A stretch of 64,000 nucleotides of DNA from Malacoraja senta (lineage: Eukaryota), in NCBI GenBank assembly GCA_038087875.1, contig CM075997.1, positions 3,536,001 through 3,600,000 of the forward strand, given 5' to 3'. The notes under the pieces were generated by a model, which ran no database searches, was not told the DNA's origin, and saw only the letters and a program-made list of their open reading frames with translations. Shown piece after piece: positions 1 through 12,506 of this stretch. Made by a program: the position numbers and the translations under genes. Numbering within the stretch: position 1 is the stretch's first letter; each line of letters begins with the position of its first letter.

Positions 1-82
1 TATGTATCCTGTATTATAACATGCTCATCTTTGCTGACTTCCTGTCTCCGAACTATTGTTTTTATGTGCGCGCTCATACATT

Positions 83-718
83 GGCACGCTGGTGCAGCGG
101 TAAATTTGCCGCCAGAGAGCCTGGTTCGATCCTGACTACGGACGGTTGTCTGTACGGAGATTGTACGTTCTCCCCGTGCCCTGCGTGGGTTTTTCTCCGC
201 TTTCTTCCCACACTCCTAAGACGTACAGGTTTGTAGGCGAATTGGCTTGGTCTAATTGTAAATTAGTGTGTACGATAGTGTTAGCGTGCAGGGCTCAGTG
301 GTCGGTGCAGATTTGGTGGACTGAGATTTGCCGGGTTGAAAATGACCTGGAGCGGGGCCTTACATTTCCCGGCACGGCTTTAACGGCCGCGGGTCCTGCT
401 AGCGCCCGCCAGGGGTTCCAACAACAAGACCCGGAGCGCGGCCTTAATGGCTGGGGGACTTACCATTGCCCGCCAGGGGCTTTGACATCGGGAGAAGAAT
501 GGAGAGCAGGGGAGAGACAAGACTTTGCCTTCCATCACAGTGAGGAGGAGATTCACTGTGATGGATGTTTGTGTTAATGTGTGTCTTGGTTCTTTTCTTG
601 TTGAATGACTGCAGAAACCAAATTTCGTTTGAACTTCATTTGAGGTTCAAATGACAATAAACGGTATTGTATTGTACTGAAGGGCCTGTTTCCGCGCTGT
701 ATTTCTAAACTAAACTAA
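83..718 (+). mobile_element. tRNA-derived V-SINE (HE1-like), interrupted by an insertion at 325-675
   Basis: A-box-like TGGTGCAGCGG, B-box GGTTCGATCC, V-domain-like core (GGAGATTGTACGTTCTCCCCGTG..GCGTGGGTTTTTCTCCG), CR1-type tail GGGCCTGTTTCCGCGCTGTATTTC(TAAAC)n. Confidence 0.85.
325..675 (+). mobile_element. Unclassified GC-rich non-autonomous retroposon with a Rex1-like 3' tail, nested in the SINE
   Basis: Flanked by ACTGA direct repeats (320-324, 676-680); ends in a stem-loop, AATAAA and (TATTG)n; the SINE resumes exactly afterwards. Confidence 0.65.
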
Positions 719-1845
719 TTATCTGTAATCGTTTGGTTCCTTCTATTCTATACAGGAAATTAAATGACTTTGTTTCTGTATTTATATTAATATACCTTTA
801 ATTTATGTTGATCGTTCTTGGAAACTCCCCAAACTTTGCTACCTTTAACTAAACTAAACTGAACGGAAACTTTCTAGCCTCTTGAAAATCTCAAAGCATA
901 ATTTTTCTAGTATTCATTTGCCCTCGTAATTACTCTTGTCTTTGCCTTCTGTTTATTTGTGAAAACCATCATACATTTTACAGTGATACCTGAATGTTAG
1001 TTTAAACAAAAATCATTACTGCAAAGGAGAATATAATTTGTGTCAATTGGGAGCTGGTAGCGAAAAGAGCAGGTTACCCAGCAAGCTGCCAAAGTAGCAT
1101 TATCTTGCTGCTGCAGTAAGTATCCTAATCCTTGGCTTGCTCCCGCTTTTCCAATGAGTTGTGAATTTGTGGATTTCTTGACCTTTCCAATCGAGGAGCA
1201 AACAGTTTGTGTTTCATCTAAATGAGTTTGATGACAAATCTGCCAAAGGCTTGCTGCCATGTGTTAGTGTGCGAGTGCCAGCAGTTAAAGCTAACAGAAG
1301 TATTAGCACCCCTGCATGTGGCACTCTGTCTGCTCCCCTGCTGCTGCCCTGCGGTCCCATCTGCTTCACCAACTAACTTAATTGGTTCCTTTTGTTTTAC
1401 ATTTTTGTTGAGGAATAAAAATCCTTCCCTGTCATTAACCCCTTTGAGAACTGCTGTAACATTTTTTTGCTCCAAAGATATAACACATGTGATTATTGCC
1501 AGGAAGGTAAACACTAACCCACAGGAGAGTTTCAATTGTTAATTGAGTCCTTGTTGACCCAAAAGGAAAGGAAAATTAGTTTTATCTAGTTCAAAATTTT
1601 GCAAGCTGGACAGTTAATATACAATGTATTTAAATGCATGTTACCATTTATAGTTGTATTCAGATGTTACATGTATAACAATGAAATATTCCAGCAATAA
1701 CCTGAAAATGCAAGCATTGTACTGCCTTAGAATAGTCTCCAGACTTGACTTTCTGTTAACTACATTCATCAGATTGAATTGTCTTACCATTTGCATGCAA
1801 CAAAGTTCCTTTGCATCACTGAGACTTGTAAGAGCACAAAACTTA

Positions 1846-2135
1846 AGGGCCCGTCCCACTTACGCGATTTTTTTCTGCGACTTGCCGGCACCAGTCATAG
1901 ACGCAGCAGGTTGCCGAAAATTTTCAATGTTGAAAATCCAGTGGCGACCAGTAAAAAGGTACGACTCTTTGACCCATGACATGTCGACACGTGACGCCTG
2001 CATGGTCATGAGTAGTACCCAAAGAGTCGTACCTTTTTCTGGTCACCGCTGGATTTTGAAAATTTTCGGAGACCTGCTGCGACTATGATGGGTGCCGGCA
2101 GTCGCCGAAAAATTCACGTAAGTGGAACAGGCCCT
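1846..2135. mobile_element. PIF/Harbinger-type MITE, subfamily C (whole-element palindrome)
   Basis: TIRs AGGGCCCGTCCCACTTACG / CGTAAGTGGAACAGGCCCT; TTA on the left, TTG on the right; internal arms are also complementary. Confidence 0.8.
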
Positions 2136-2312
2136 TTGCCGTATGCTGTGCTCTTCCCTGCGTCTCAGCGAACTATAATGGGTTTGCACCTTATTTCATT
2201 AAGCATCAAACTTAAGTCGAGTTTTCTTAGCTTTTTTAATTTTCTCTTACGAAACCAAATGTCTGTCCAGAATAACTTTTTTCCCAAATAATACATGGCA
2301 TCTAAACTGTTA

Positions 2313-2629
2313 TGGGGCTGTCCCACTGTACTAGCTAATTCAAGAGTTCTCCCGAGTTTCCCCTTATTCGAACTCGGAGAATTACGGTAATAGCCGCTCG
2401 TAGGTACTCGGGGCTCTCGTGGACATTTTTCAACATGTTGAAAAATCTTCACGAGTCTTCACGAGCTTACCGCGTTTCCCGAGTACCTGCCGTTAGCGTT
2501 ACGAGCCGCTAAGAGGCGTCCCGAGCTCCGACGTACCCGCTACGTACATTCTACGTGCTTACCACGAGTTTGATTTTTTTTTAAACTCGGGAGAGCTCTT
2601 GGATTAGCTTGTACAGTGGGACAGCCCCA
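2313..2629. mobile_element. PIF/Harbinger-type MITE, subfamily A
   Basis: TIRs TGGGGCTGTCCCACTGTAC / GTACAGTGGGACAGCCCCA, perfect TTA TSD (2310-2312, 2630-2632); homologous to 23397-23716 and 52016-52346. Confidence 0.88.
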
Positions 2630-2714
2630 TTATGTATGCTTGAAGCCAGGTTCAGTAAACGTTTTGTTGCTGGTCCAATTCCAATGGCACATTCTGTCTA
2701 ATTAATGTAACCTT

Positions 2715-3105
2715 CCCACCATCGAAAGCATTTACATGAGGTACTGCCTCAAGAAGGTGGCATCCATCATCAGGATCACCAGTATTGGGGCCATCTCACT
2801 GCTCCATCGGGCAGGGGCTACAGAAACCTGAAGTCCAACAACTTCAGGTTCAGGAACAGCTACTTTCCTACAACCATCAGATTATTGAACTAACCTGCAT
2901 AACCGTAATCCTTCCTTGGCAACCAAACCTCTTGTATTACCATGGCCTTATTTTCAAATTATATTTTATGCTAATGTCTTGTTTTCACTGTTATCACAAT
3001 CCTGTTAAATTTGTTTTTTGTGTGTTGTCTGTGTGCCTATGATGCTGCTGCAAGCAAGATTTTCATTGTACCTGTACATCATTGTACTTGTGCAAATGAC
3101 AAGGA
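2715..3105 (+). mobile_element. Rex1/Babar-like LINE 3' relic
   Basis: Degenerate translation resembles the Rex1 C-terminus (CLKKVASIIRI..PSGRGYRNLKSNNFRFRNSYFPTTIRLLN), followed by a 3' UTR ending GTGCAAATGACAA. Confidence 0.65.
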
Positions 3106-3122
3106 TCTCAACTTAACTTGAA

Positions 3123-3620
3123 CCTCATCTACTGTATCCGCTGTTCCAGGTGTCGACTCCTGTTTATCGGCGAGACCAAGCGCAGGCTCGGCGATCGTTT
3201 CACTGAACACCTCCGCTCAGTCCGCCTATACCTACCTGATCTCCCGGTTGCTCAGCACTTTAACTCCCCCTCCCATTCCCAATCTGACCTTTCTGTCCTG
3301 GGCCCCCTCCATTGTCAGAGTGAGGCCCAGCGCAAATTGGAAGAACAGCACTTCATATTTTGCTTGGGCAGCTTACACCCCAGCGGTATGAACATTGACT
3401 TCTCTAACTTCAAATAGCCCTTGTTTTCCCTCTCTCTCCATCCCCTCCCCCTTCCCAGTTCTCCCACCAGTCTTACTGTCTCCGACTACATTTTATCTTT
3501 GTCCCGCCCCCTCCCCTGACATCAATCTAAAGAAGGGTCTCAACCCGAAACGTCACCCATTCCTTTTCTCCAGAGATGTTGCCTGTCCCGCTGAGTTACT
3601 CCAGCATTTTGTGTCCACCT
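3123..3620 (+). mobile_element. 5'-truncated Penelope-like element (GIY-YIG endonuclease C-terminus plus 3' repeat)
   Basis: ORF 3118-3417 NLIYCIRCSRC..FIGETKRRLGDRFTEH..VAQHFN..GMN; 15-bp TSD TCAACTTAACTTGAA at 3108-3122 and 3621-3635. Confidence 0.9.
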
Positions 3621-3754
3621 TCAACTTAACTTGAATTATTTTCTGAAGTTCTGCTGCTGATTTGCCAAAGTTTGGTTTTGCTTTATCACCTGTGTCTAAA
3701 TGTGACAAAGTAGGAAAAGTTGTATTAAAACAAAACTTGGTTGCTAGATTCATG

Positions 3755-4953
3755 CAGCACAGAAACAGGCCCTTCGGCCCAACTTGTCCATGCCGACCCG
3801 TCTGCCCACCTTTGGCCCGTATCTCCCTAAACCTTTTCTAGCCATGTACCTGTTCAAACTTATTTTAAATGTTGTGATCATACCTGCTTCAACTACCTCC
3901 TCTGGCAGTTCATTTCACATATCCACCACCCACTGTGTGAAAAAGTTGCCCCTCAGGATTCTATTAAATCTTTCTCCTCTCACCTTAAACCCGTCCTCTG
4001 GTTCTTGATTCTCTTGCTCTGGGTAAAGGACTCTGTGCATTCACCCTGTCTATTCCCCTCGTGATTTTATACACTTGTATGTATTTCACTTGTATACTCT
4101 TGTATAAAATCAGCTTCATGAGCTTCAAGGAATAAAGTCGTAACTTGTTCAACCTCTCCCTATAGCTCAGGCCTTTGAGTCCTGGTAACATCCTCGTATA
4201 TCTTCCCTGTACTCTTTCCAGCTTAACGACATCCTTCCTATAGCAGGGTGAGCAAAACTGAACACAATACTCCAAATAAGGCCTCATTGACATGTTGTAC
4301 AACTGTAATATAACATCCTGACATCTATACTCAATACTCTGACTGACGAAGGTCAAAGCACCAAATGCTTTCTTGACCATCCTTTCAATCTGTGGCGCTA
4401 CCTTCAGGGAATAATGTACCTGCACTCCTAGAACCCTCTGCTCTACCATACTTTCCTGGGCCCTGCCATTCACTGTGAAGGTTCTGCCGTGGTTTGACTT
4501 CCTAAAATGCAACACCTTGCACATCTGCATTAAACAGCATTAGTCATTCCCCAGTCCACTTGCCCAGCTGATCAAGATCCTGCTGTTATTTTTTGATAAC
4601 CATCTACATTATCTACGATGCCACCCACTTTAATGTCTGTTTACTAATCACACCTTGTACATTTTCATTCAGATCGTTGATATACACCACAAACAGCAAT
4701 GGGCCCAGCACCTGAGGGCACACTGCTAGTCACAGGCCTCTAGCCCAAAAAACATCCCTCCACCATCATCCTCTGCTTCCTACCATGAAGCTAATAATCT
4801 GTGCTGTCAGCTGTCTCCTCCTGGATCCCATGTGGTCTAATCTCCTAGAATAGCCGACCATGTGGAACCTTATCAAATACCTTGCTGAAGTCCACATAAA
4901 CAATGTCTACGGCTTTGCCCTCATTAACCTTTTTGGTTGCTTCTTCAAAAAAA
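3755..4953 (-). mobile_element. CR1-clade LINE, 3' ~1.2 kb, decayed
   Basis: Minus ORFs AVDIVYVDFSKVFDKVPH (RT) and CKVLHF..RPYLEYCVQFCSPCYRKDVVKLERVQ..YRERL. Confidence 0.9.
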
Positions 4954-5375
4954 CTAAAACTGCTCATTAAGAATTTTGCATTCTTGGTAGCCGTGAGAAA
5001 CGGAACTTTGCCCAAAGGTCGCAAACTCAACTGGACAGGAGGGAGGAAGCTGTTTGAGTTTATGCTCCAGTGTTATTGGTCTTGGCCCTATGCCAAGCTC
5101 TCTCAGTTTAAGAATTAAAATACAATGTATTGGCGGCAAGAGATGAAAACCAAGTCAAAGATCCTACTCCACAGTGCAGAACTACATTCACGTTTAAAAA
5201 GTTAGGAGAAAGGACAAAGTGACTTGAGATATAGTGGTTAGATGATGAAGAACGTGGCTGGTTTTCATCACTGATGACAAAATGAAAAGAAGGAAGAGAT
5301 GTTTGTGTTTACTTTGTTCCCATCACAACTTTGGGAGATTATAAAGTATCTTGCAGCATGCAAAGTACTTATTCA

Positions 5376-5506
5376 GTCTGAAGAAGCGTCTCGACCCGAA
5401 ACGTTGCCTATTTCCTTCACTCCATAGATGCTGCCTCACCCGCTGAGTTTCTCCAGCATTTTTGTCTACCTTCGATTTTCCAGCATCTGCAGTTCCTTCG
5501 TAAACA
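5376..5506 (+). mobile_element. Short Penelope-derived insertion with hammerhead-like core
   Basis: 10-bp TSD TACTTATTCA (5366-5375, 5507-5516); CTGAAGA..GAAACGTT at 5378. Confidence 0.8.
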
Positions 5507-5709
5507 TACTTATTCAATTTGATTACTTTCTTAATGCAGGAAATTGGATCCAACAAACTGCCGTAATCAGCCAAGTGTTGAAGAACAGATGTATTGTTTT
5601 ATTGATGTTTAGTAAGGTTAAGTAATGACCAGGGTACAAGTTACCATCGACTAAAAATTGGGTTTGTTCTTACTCAATTTCTGCTGTCATTGCGCCACTA
5701 CATGGTTTG

Positions 5710-5734
5710 CCCCCCCCCCCCCCCCCCCCCCCCC
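5710..5734. repeat. poly(C) run
   Basis: About 25 consecutive C. Confidence 0.95.
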
Positions 5735-7520
5735 ATTTTAGCATGTCTGATTTATGGGAACCATTGAGTTCCCATACAATATTAAAATGGCAAGTTTGGG
5801 GAGGAGAATTTTACCAGTGATAGGGAAAGGATGGAAAATAAATCAGAGAAAATCTATATTACGCATTGCTGCCTGATGAAAGCGTCAACATAAAAGAGAA
5901 GGAATGACGTTTCAGGTTGAGACCCTTCTTCAGACCCGAAACGTCACCCATTCTTTCTCTCCAGGGATGCTGCCTGTTCCGCTGAGTTACTCCAGCATTC
6001 TGTGTCCATCTTTGGTGTAAACCAGCATCTGCAGTTCCTTCCTAAACATAAAAGAGCTATTGAGAGTCATCCTGGCAGCTTTGCTTCTCCACTGAATTCT
6101 ACAATTTTGCTGCAATAAAAAGTTGTTGTTTTTCATAGACATTTGAGTCTTATCTTGTGCCACCAAATTTTTGTTGTGGGCCATTTGTCCCCTTTTGTCT
6201 TTCTCGTGATGGCAACTGCTCCTTGCGTGATTACGTTTTTATTGGTGATGAGTGCCCATGAGATTGCTGTCAAATAGCTATTGTTTGGTTACGAGCTTTG
6301 ACAATAATAAGTAGCAGATTATTTGGTTGCAAGGTAAGAGATCTTATCACCATCCACATCCACACAGTGACTCCCGTAGATTACAGGAGAAGGATTCGAT
6401 GGAGGAAAATCCAAAAGTGTTCTTTTCATTAAAATGAGATTATCCAATATTGCACAAATGAATGATTTAAAATAACTTTTTTAAATTGCAGGGTGGTGTA
6501 TGTTTTGAAAAAGCTCTTGCCATATGAAACCCTGTGACGGAGCTGTTTTCCAGCATTCAATTTGTTTTGGTTTAACACTTTGCTTTTAAAAAAAACAAGT
6601 TTTGGCAGCGTAGTCAGGAAAGCTGTAATGTAATTAGTTTTGTCACTTGGACAAGTGTGTTTCTTTTTCTCTATTTTGCAGTAAAAATGTGTCATGTAAA
6701 TATTGCTTTACAACAACGCCAGGGAGTCAATTAATCTTTGCAGTGAAAGGCAACCTGTTACTCTTAATGTTGACATCAGAGCCATTCTCGGACGATTTTT
6801 TTCTCTACTGAAGCAACTGATTCATGCTGAGAGTAGATCTGTGATGCCAAGAGCCAGGTACCCTGCCTAAAGGGGCTGTAGTTCATGTGTGTGCTTCACA
6901 CGAGTGCACAGAAAAGGTGCAGGATGTAGCACAATAGCATTCGATTCTTACGTTTCAATGTGATCAGGGGTATGTAAGTAATGTATGTATGTAAATTCAA
7001 GATTCAACTAAGATTGGGAGATCTTCAACAGATTTCTTCACGCATGTTATCACACTGCATCCCCCCCCCTCACTCATCAACCAAAATACATTACTGTTTA
7101 TACATTTTATCCAACGCAGATAGTGACAGGGAGCAGGAATCTACTTGTATTTGTGTGTATCCTGCTGTACACAGCATTATCTTTGAAACTAGTAGCAGCA
7201 ACCCCAGCTGGTAGTCGCTACTGTTTGCCGGAGATTCTCATTTTGGATTCTTCTCATTTCTACAGCTTTGTGTTACACCGGGTTTGGGAGAGTGTGTGGG
7301 TATCTTTACCCAACCGAGTTGTTCAAAAAGTTTCACTTCGAATTTCAGAAATTTGAATTATGAAAATTGTGCTATAGCTATAACTGAAACACTGCTGAAA
7401 CATGGCTTAAAGATTGGCTGGAAAGCAACTTAGCCTACCATGTAGGATTTTCAGATAAAAGCGAATTTGGTTTTAAAAGGATGGATGAGAGCAATACAGG
7501 TCCACAACCGATTTTCCGGT

Positions 7521-7648
7521 CTGAAGAAGGGTTTCGGCCCGAAACGTTACCTATTTCCTTCGCTCCATAGATGCTGCTGCACCCGCTGAGTTTCTCCAGC
7601 ATTTTTGTGTACCTTCGATTTTCTAGCATCTGCAGTTCCTTCTTTAAC
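7521..7648 (+). mobile_element. Short Penelope-derived insertion with hammerhead-like core
   Basis: 14-bp direct repeat ACCGATTTTCCGGT (7507-7520, 7649-7662); CTGAAGA-A-GGGT-TTCG-GCCC-GAAACGTT. Confidence 0.82.
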
Positions 7649-8699
7649 ACCGATTTTCCGGTAACTGATGGTCCAGCATCATCTTTAATCGGGTCAAAAT
7701 CACGAGAGCATCGTGCACCGCACGCTCTTGTGGGACGTGTGCCTCTGTACTGAAAGAGTTAATTTTTTGCTTCTTTGTTAATTGTTAATTCTTTATTTAA
7801 GTTTCTAGCAGGCCATGTTGTTTTAGAGACACGGGAGGGGTATAATTAGTGGGTCAGGTGTATGGTTGAATTATTATTACGTGACCTCTGTTGATCTGGC
7901 AAAATGGATAATCCAGCAATACTCAAGAACCAAGGGTACCAAAAAATCGATGGTGTACCTGTATTGGTTAAGGAAATAATTACATTTGTGAAGGAGGATA
8001 ATGTTGCATGCATTAACAATCAAAATGATAAGAAATGAATTACATTGCTGGGAATGTATTATACACTTCAACATGTAGAGGAAGATGGAAGACCTTGTAT
8101 GTAGGCCAGTTTCTGAGAAGCGCAAAAATAACACGTAATTTTAGTGGGGGATTTCAATGACTCTAACATTAATCAGAACAGTAGGAGAGTCAATAGTTTA
8201 AAAGGTGCAAAGTTTGTGAAATGGTTTCCAGAGAATCGTTACGTAGCAGGAGCAATCAGAAAAGGGCAGTACTGAATCTGGGAAATTGGAAGGGCAGTAG
8301 CGGGAAGGCATTTTCTGCAGGAGCATTTTATGATTCATTAAGTCAGCATAACTAATGCTTAAGGCGTGGCATAAATGGCCAAGAATTACAATGTAATTCT
8401 TTTTTACATCAGCATTTCCCAATTTAACACCATTAAAATAATAGAACTAAAAATAAAAACGGGCATTTGTGCCATTAATTTCTTCTGTACTTTTTAACTA
8501 GTACATTTCTCCGTTTCATTGGCCTCTTACTTCTCCACCACTTCAGGAAAGCTATTTGCATCCTCTTCCACGAAATCAGAAGGAAAGATATTTTTGTTTA
8601 ATTGCTCTGATGTTTCTTTTTCCCAGCAATCTTTTAGTTTTGACATTTTTAGAAAGTATTATAGTTCACTTTGATATTGAGTTTATTCTCATACTTTTT

Positions 8700-8995
8700 A
8701 GATTTTTAGTTTTAGAGATACAGCGCGGAAACAAGCCCTTTGGCCCACCTCGTCCGCACCAAACAGCGATCCCCACACACTAACACTATCCTACACACAC
8801 TCGGGACAATTTTACACATGCACCAAGCCAATTAACCTACATACATGTATCCCTTTTGGAATGTGGGAGAAAACCGAAGATGTCAGAGAAAACCCACGCA
8901 GTCACGGGGAGAACTTACAAACTCTGTTCAGCTAGTCCCTGTAGTCGGGATCGAACCTGGGTCTCAAGCGCTGTAAGGCAGCAACTCTACTGCTG
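8700..8995 (-). mobile_element. V-SINE (HE1-like)
   Basis: Reverse complement of the family at 83-718, with B-box and tail. Confidence 0.85.
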
Positions 8996-9146
8996 CTTTC
9001 TTAATCCGTCTCTTGGCCCATTATTATTAAATTCTACACACCTCCCAATTATCCTCCACTTTAGATCTAATTCTAAATTCATTCCTTAATGTTAGCCATT
9101 TTTTATCCAACGTCATGCCTTTCAGCGAAGAACCCCAGCCTGTCCT

Positions 9147-9665
9147 TTTAAATTTTAAAAAAAAATTAAAAATAGACTTTATTCGAGAAATAAATATATA
9201 CAATACATGACCGATACAAAACCATCTAACATTCTCGGAGGCTATACATACATACAATACAGTTTCCCCAAATCACAATTTTACCCCACACCCTTGCCAC
9301 TCATGTGGCCCATTGGCGTGGAATCCCTTCCCATATTTTGAGAGGTGTCTCCACCACACCCTGTCCCCCATGTCCAGCAGCGGAAGGACCCTAGACTGTG
9401 GTCCTCCCCCACAGTCTTGGCGTTGGCTGCACCGGTCTTCAATGCGTCCCTCAGCACGTACTCCTGCCGTCTGGAGCGGGTCAGTCGGCAACATCACCCG
9501 ACGGACATCCCACACCGCTGGGTGGTCAACAACACTCGGGCAGACCATAGAGCGTCTTTCACTGAGTTGATGACCTTCCAGCAGCACTCGATGTCAGTCT
9601 CTGAATGTGTCTCTGGAAACAGTCCCTAACTCACAGAGTCCTCTGTGACGGAGCTGTTCGGAATA
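9147..9665 (-). mobile_element. Tx1/L1-clade LINE 3' end
   Basis: Minus translation SVTEDSV..GLFPETHSETDIECCWKVINSVKDALWSAR..EYVLRDALK resembles a Tx1 ORF2 C-terminus; AATAAA and an A-rich tail near 9150-9185. Confidence 0.7.
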
Positions 9666-10522
9666 CCTAGCCAACTCGTTCCCCATCCGGACCACTTTTG
9701 CCCAGTGGCTCCCTGCTGCGCGCTGTTCTAATAGAGCAATCTTTGTTTATGCAGCTGCACCATGTGATTTTAAACTTGTAATTTAGAGTACAATGAATGA
9801 ATGAATTAAATTTATTAGATGATATTTGAATATTTGAATGCTTTTATTTATGCCCGTCTTCATCTAGAAAGTTTTTGGGACGCTAATATTTCTTTTGGGG
9901 GGTGTATTGGATATCAAAGAGAGGGTCTTGGTGGTATACAAATTATTTGTCATCCATGGGGTCTATGCCATATTTCTGGTGGAATATAACAAATTAGTTC
10001 ACACAAGGGATGGTGGTATATGGACCAAGCTACTATCAAGGAGGGTGGTATATGGAAAAAGCTACTAACAAGGCAGGTACTATCTTGACTTTTAAAAAAA
10101 CATTTGGACAGGTACATGGAAAGGACAGGTTTAGAGGGATATTGGCCAAACGCAGGCAGGTAGGACTAATGTAGATGGGACGTTGGGCTGAAGGCCTGGT
10201 TCCACGCTGTAAGACTCTATGACTCTAGTGTAATTGTGAGGAGAGAATGACTAGTCCAAGGTTATTAAGAATCAAGGAGACTAAAAGCAGAGTTAATCAC
10301 ATAAAATTCAGAGGTCTTGACTGAGTGCTTAGGAAGAGTGTGTTTCACTTGAGAGAAACTTGATAATTGCAGATTGTAGGTAAATTCATTGAGAAGGATT
10401 AGAGAAGAGCTGAGGGAAAATGTTTTCACCTGAAAAATAATGCGACCTCCAACCCAACTTGACAGGGTGAAGGCATTCAACCTCATTGTAGATTAAACAT
10501 TGTCTGGAAGATCCCAAACTGA

Positions 10523-10715
10523 AGGGCCTGTCCCACTTGGGCGTCATTTGCGCGTCACATAGGTGGCGCGCAAAGATTTTGTGAATCCCAAAATCCTGGG
10601 CTGCCGCGCGTGACCATGCGTCACTGCCTACGCCACCATGCCTCACCACTCGCCATGCACGCACCGTGACACGTAAATGATGTCGCGCAAATGACGCCCA
10701 AGTGGGACAGGCCCT
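10523..10715. mobile_element. PIF/Harbinger-type MITE, subfamily B
   Basis: TIRs AGGGCCTGTCCCACTTGGGCGTCATTTGCGCG / CGCGCAAATGACGCCCAAGTGGGACAGGCCCT; flanks TGA/TTA; related to 40284-40524. Confidence 0.85.
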
Positions 10716-11821
10716 TTACAGGGCAATGAGCCGAGTGGAAGTTACCTAGGAAGTTCAATGTTTGGCTGGAAAGGATACACTGGGCCACCTGTGCTGTAAA
10801 TTTCCATTAATCTTTTTTAATGGACAAACTAAAGTGGGCTTAAAATATAAATGACAAATGCAAAATAAAAGAAGAATTCCAGTTGATGATAAGGTTTAAA
10901 TTAAAAAGGAATACAAGATGCAATTATCCCAAAAGGAAGCAAGATTCCTTTGAATGAGATATCTTGATGAATTTTGTTATTGATGGATACCAATTAAAAA
11001 TACTTAAATATGTGAATATCTTTTCAGCTGAATTTTTCAAACTCTAATTGTTCGGTATTATTGAAAATTATTTAAAATAATTTTTCCTTCCTCTCTTTTA
11101 TCTCCCTTTCCAACAACCACAACCCTCTTTTACAGGTAATAATTCAACAGATGAAGCTGGAAATAAGGTAGGAAACCATTCATTGTCTGATAACATTGGG
11201 TGAAGGGCTGCTGGGAATTCTGTACCCAAGAATATACTGTTATCCTTAGAACTTAGAAAATGTAAATTGTAACAGATAAGATTCCTGTCTGGCAGGAGAT
11301 GAGCCACTTCCGTTTCATATGGCAAGCTGAGAATCAGGGCATTAAGAGATATAATTAAAATCATTTTCACTATCTACTTTTGCCTTTTCTTTCTGACCCT
11401 CCAACCAATCCCTTCAGGCTGTTTCTACCATGTAGACTCTTATCTTTGGTAATGATTGCACAGTTGCAAGTCTGCTCCAATGCCATCTCTTCTCTTTGAT
11501 CAGCAGGCAGTAGCTGCAGATTGGATTTATTGTGTGTTCGAAGATAAAACATGTGGTTCCGGCACAGTGGCGAATGTTCCCCCTCTTTTTCTTTAGTAGG
11601 ACAAATTGGTCTTATTTCAGTTGTACTTAACCTGAGAGAAGGTACAAGATCGATTCCTGAGATTAGCCTCTGGGTTGCTTTGGAATCCACATATCCACTA
11701 AATGTCAAGTCCATATCTGGGATTTATAGGCATCAATGCTGGAAATTGAATCAATTCGGGAAAGAACAAGAATCAATTGTAAAGAGCCTGATGACAGTAA
11801 ATGACAGCTTCCATTTACACA

Positions 11822-12016
11822 GCGGGTAAGGCAGCATCTATGGAGTGAAGGAAATAGACGACATTTCGGGTCAAGACCCCTCCTCAGTCTGAGAAAGGGT
11901 CTCGACCCAAATCGTCGCCTATTTCCTTCGCTACATAGATGCTGCCTCGCTCGCTGAGTTTCTCCAGCATTTATGTCTACCTTTGATTTTCCAGCATCTG
12001 CAGTTCCTTCTTAAAT
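11822..12016. mobile_element. Palindromic Penelope-derived insertion
   Basis: Inverted arms around ..CTCAGTCTGAG..; imperfect TSD GCTTCCAT(T/A)TACACA. Confidence 0.75.
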
Positions 12017-12274
12017 GCTTCCATATACACAATAGCTTTTATATACTAGGTTGCTGATGCAAAGCAGGTGGCAATTTGGTGTAGTCGACTGTAAAGAAAT
12101 TTCAGAGATAGTACATAGGTCGGGTTAATAGAATATGTGTAAAAACATGAGGTCATTACTTTGGTAAAAAGAAGAAAAGCAACGTATTAAATTAGAAAGT
12201 GAGTGGTATGAGTGTCCTTGTATATGAATCATTGGACGTTAACAGGTAGGTACGAAAAACCGTAAGGTAAGCAG

Positions 12275-12506
12275 AAGATAGACATAAAATGCTGGAGTAA
12301 CTCGGTGGGACAGGCAGCATCTCTGGATGCAAGGAATGGGTGATGTTTCTCGTCGAGACTCTTCTTCAGAGTCTGAAGAAGGGTCTCGTCACGAAACGTC
12401 ACCCATTCCTTCTATCCAGAGATGCTGCCTGTCCCACTGAGTTACTCCAGCATTTTGTGTCTATCTTCAGTTTAAATCAGCATCTACAGTTCCTTCCTAC
12501 ACAGTG
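12275..12506. mobile_element. Palindromic Penelope-derived insertion, hammerhead-like core on both strands
   Basis: ~90-bp inverted arms meeting at CTTCTTCAGAGTCTGAAGAAG; TSD AGGTAAGCAG (12265-12274, 12507-12516). Confidence 0.85.

Noticed and set aside
83..135. tRNA gene at the SINE heads
   Set aside because: A/B boxes are present but there is no complete cloverleaf, and each head continues into a V-SINE body and LINE-derived tail.
3118..3417. GIY-YIG ORF as a host or domesticated nuclease gene
   Set aside because: It is a 5'-truncated Penelope copy bounded by a 15-bp TSD, and its start codon lies in the TSD.
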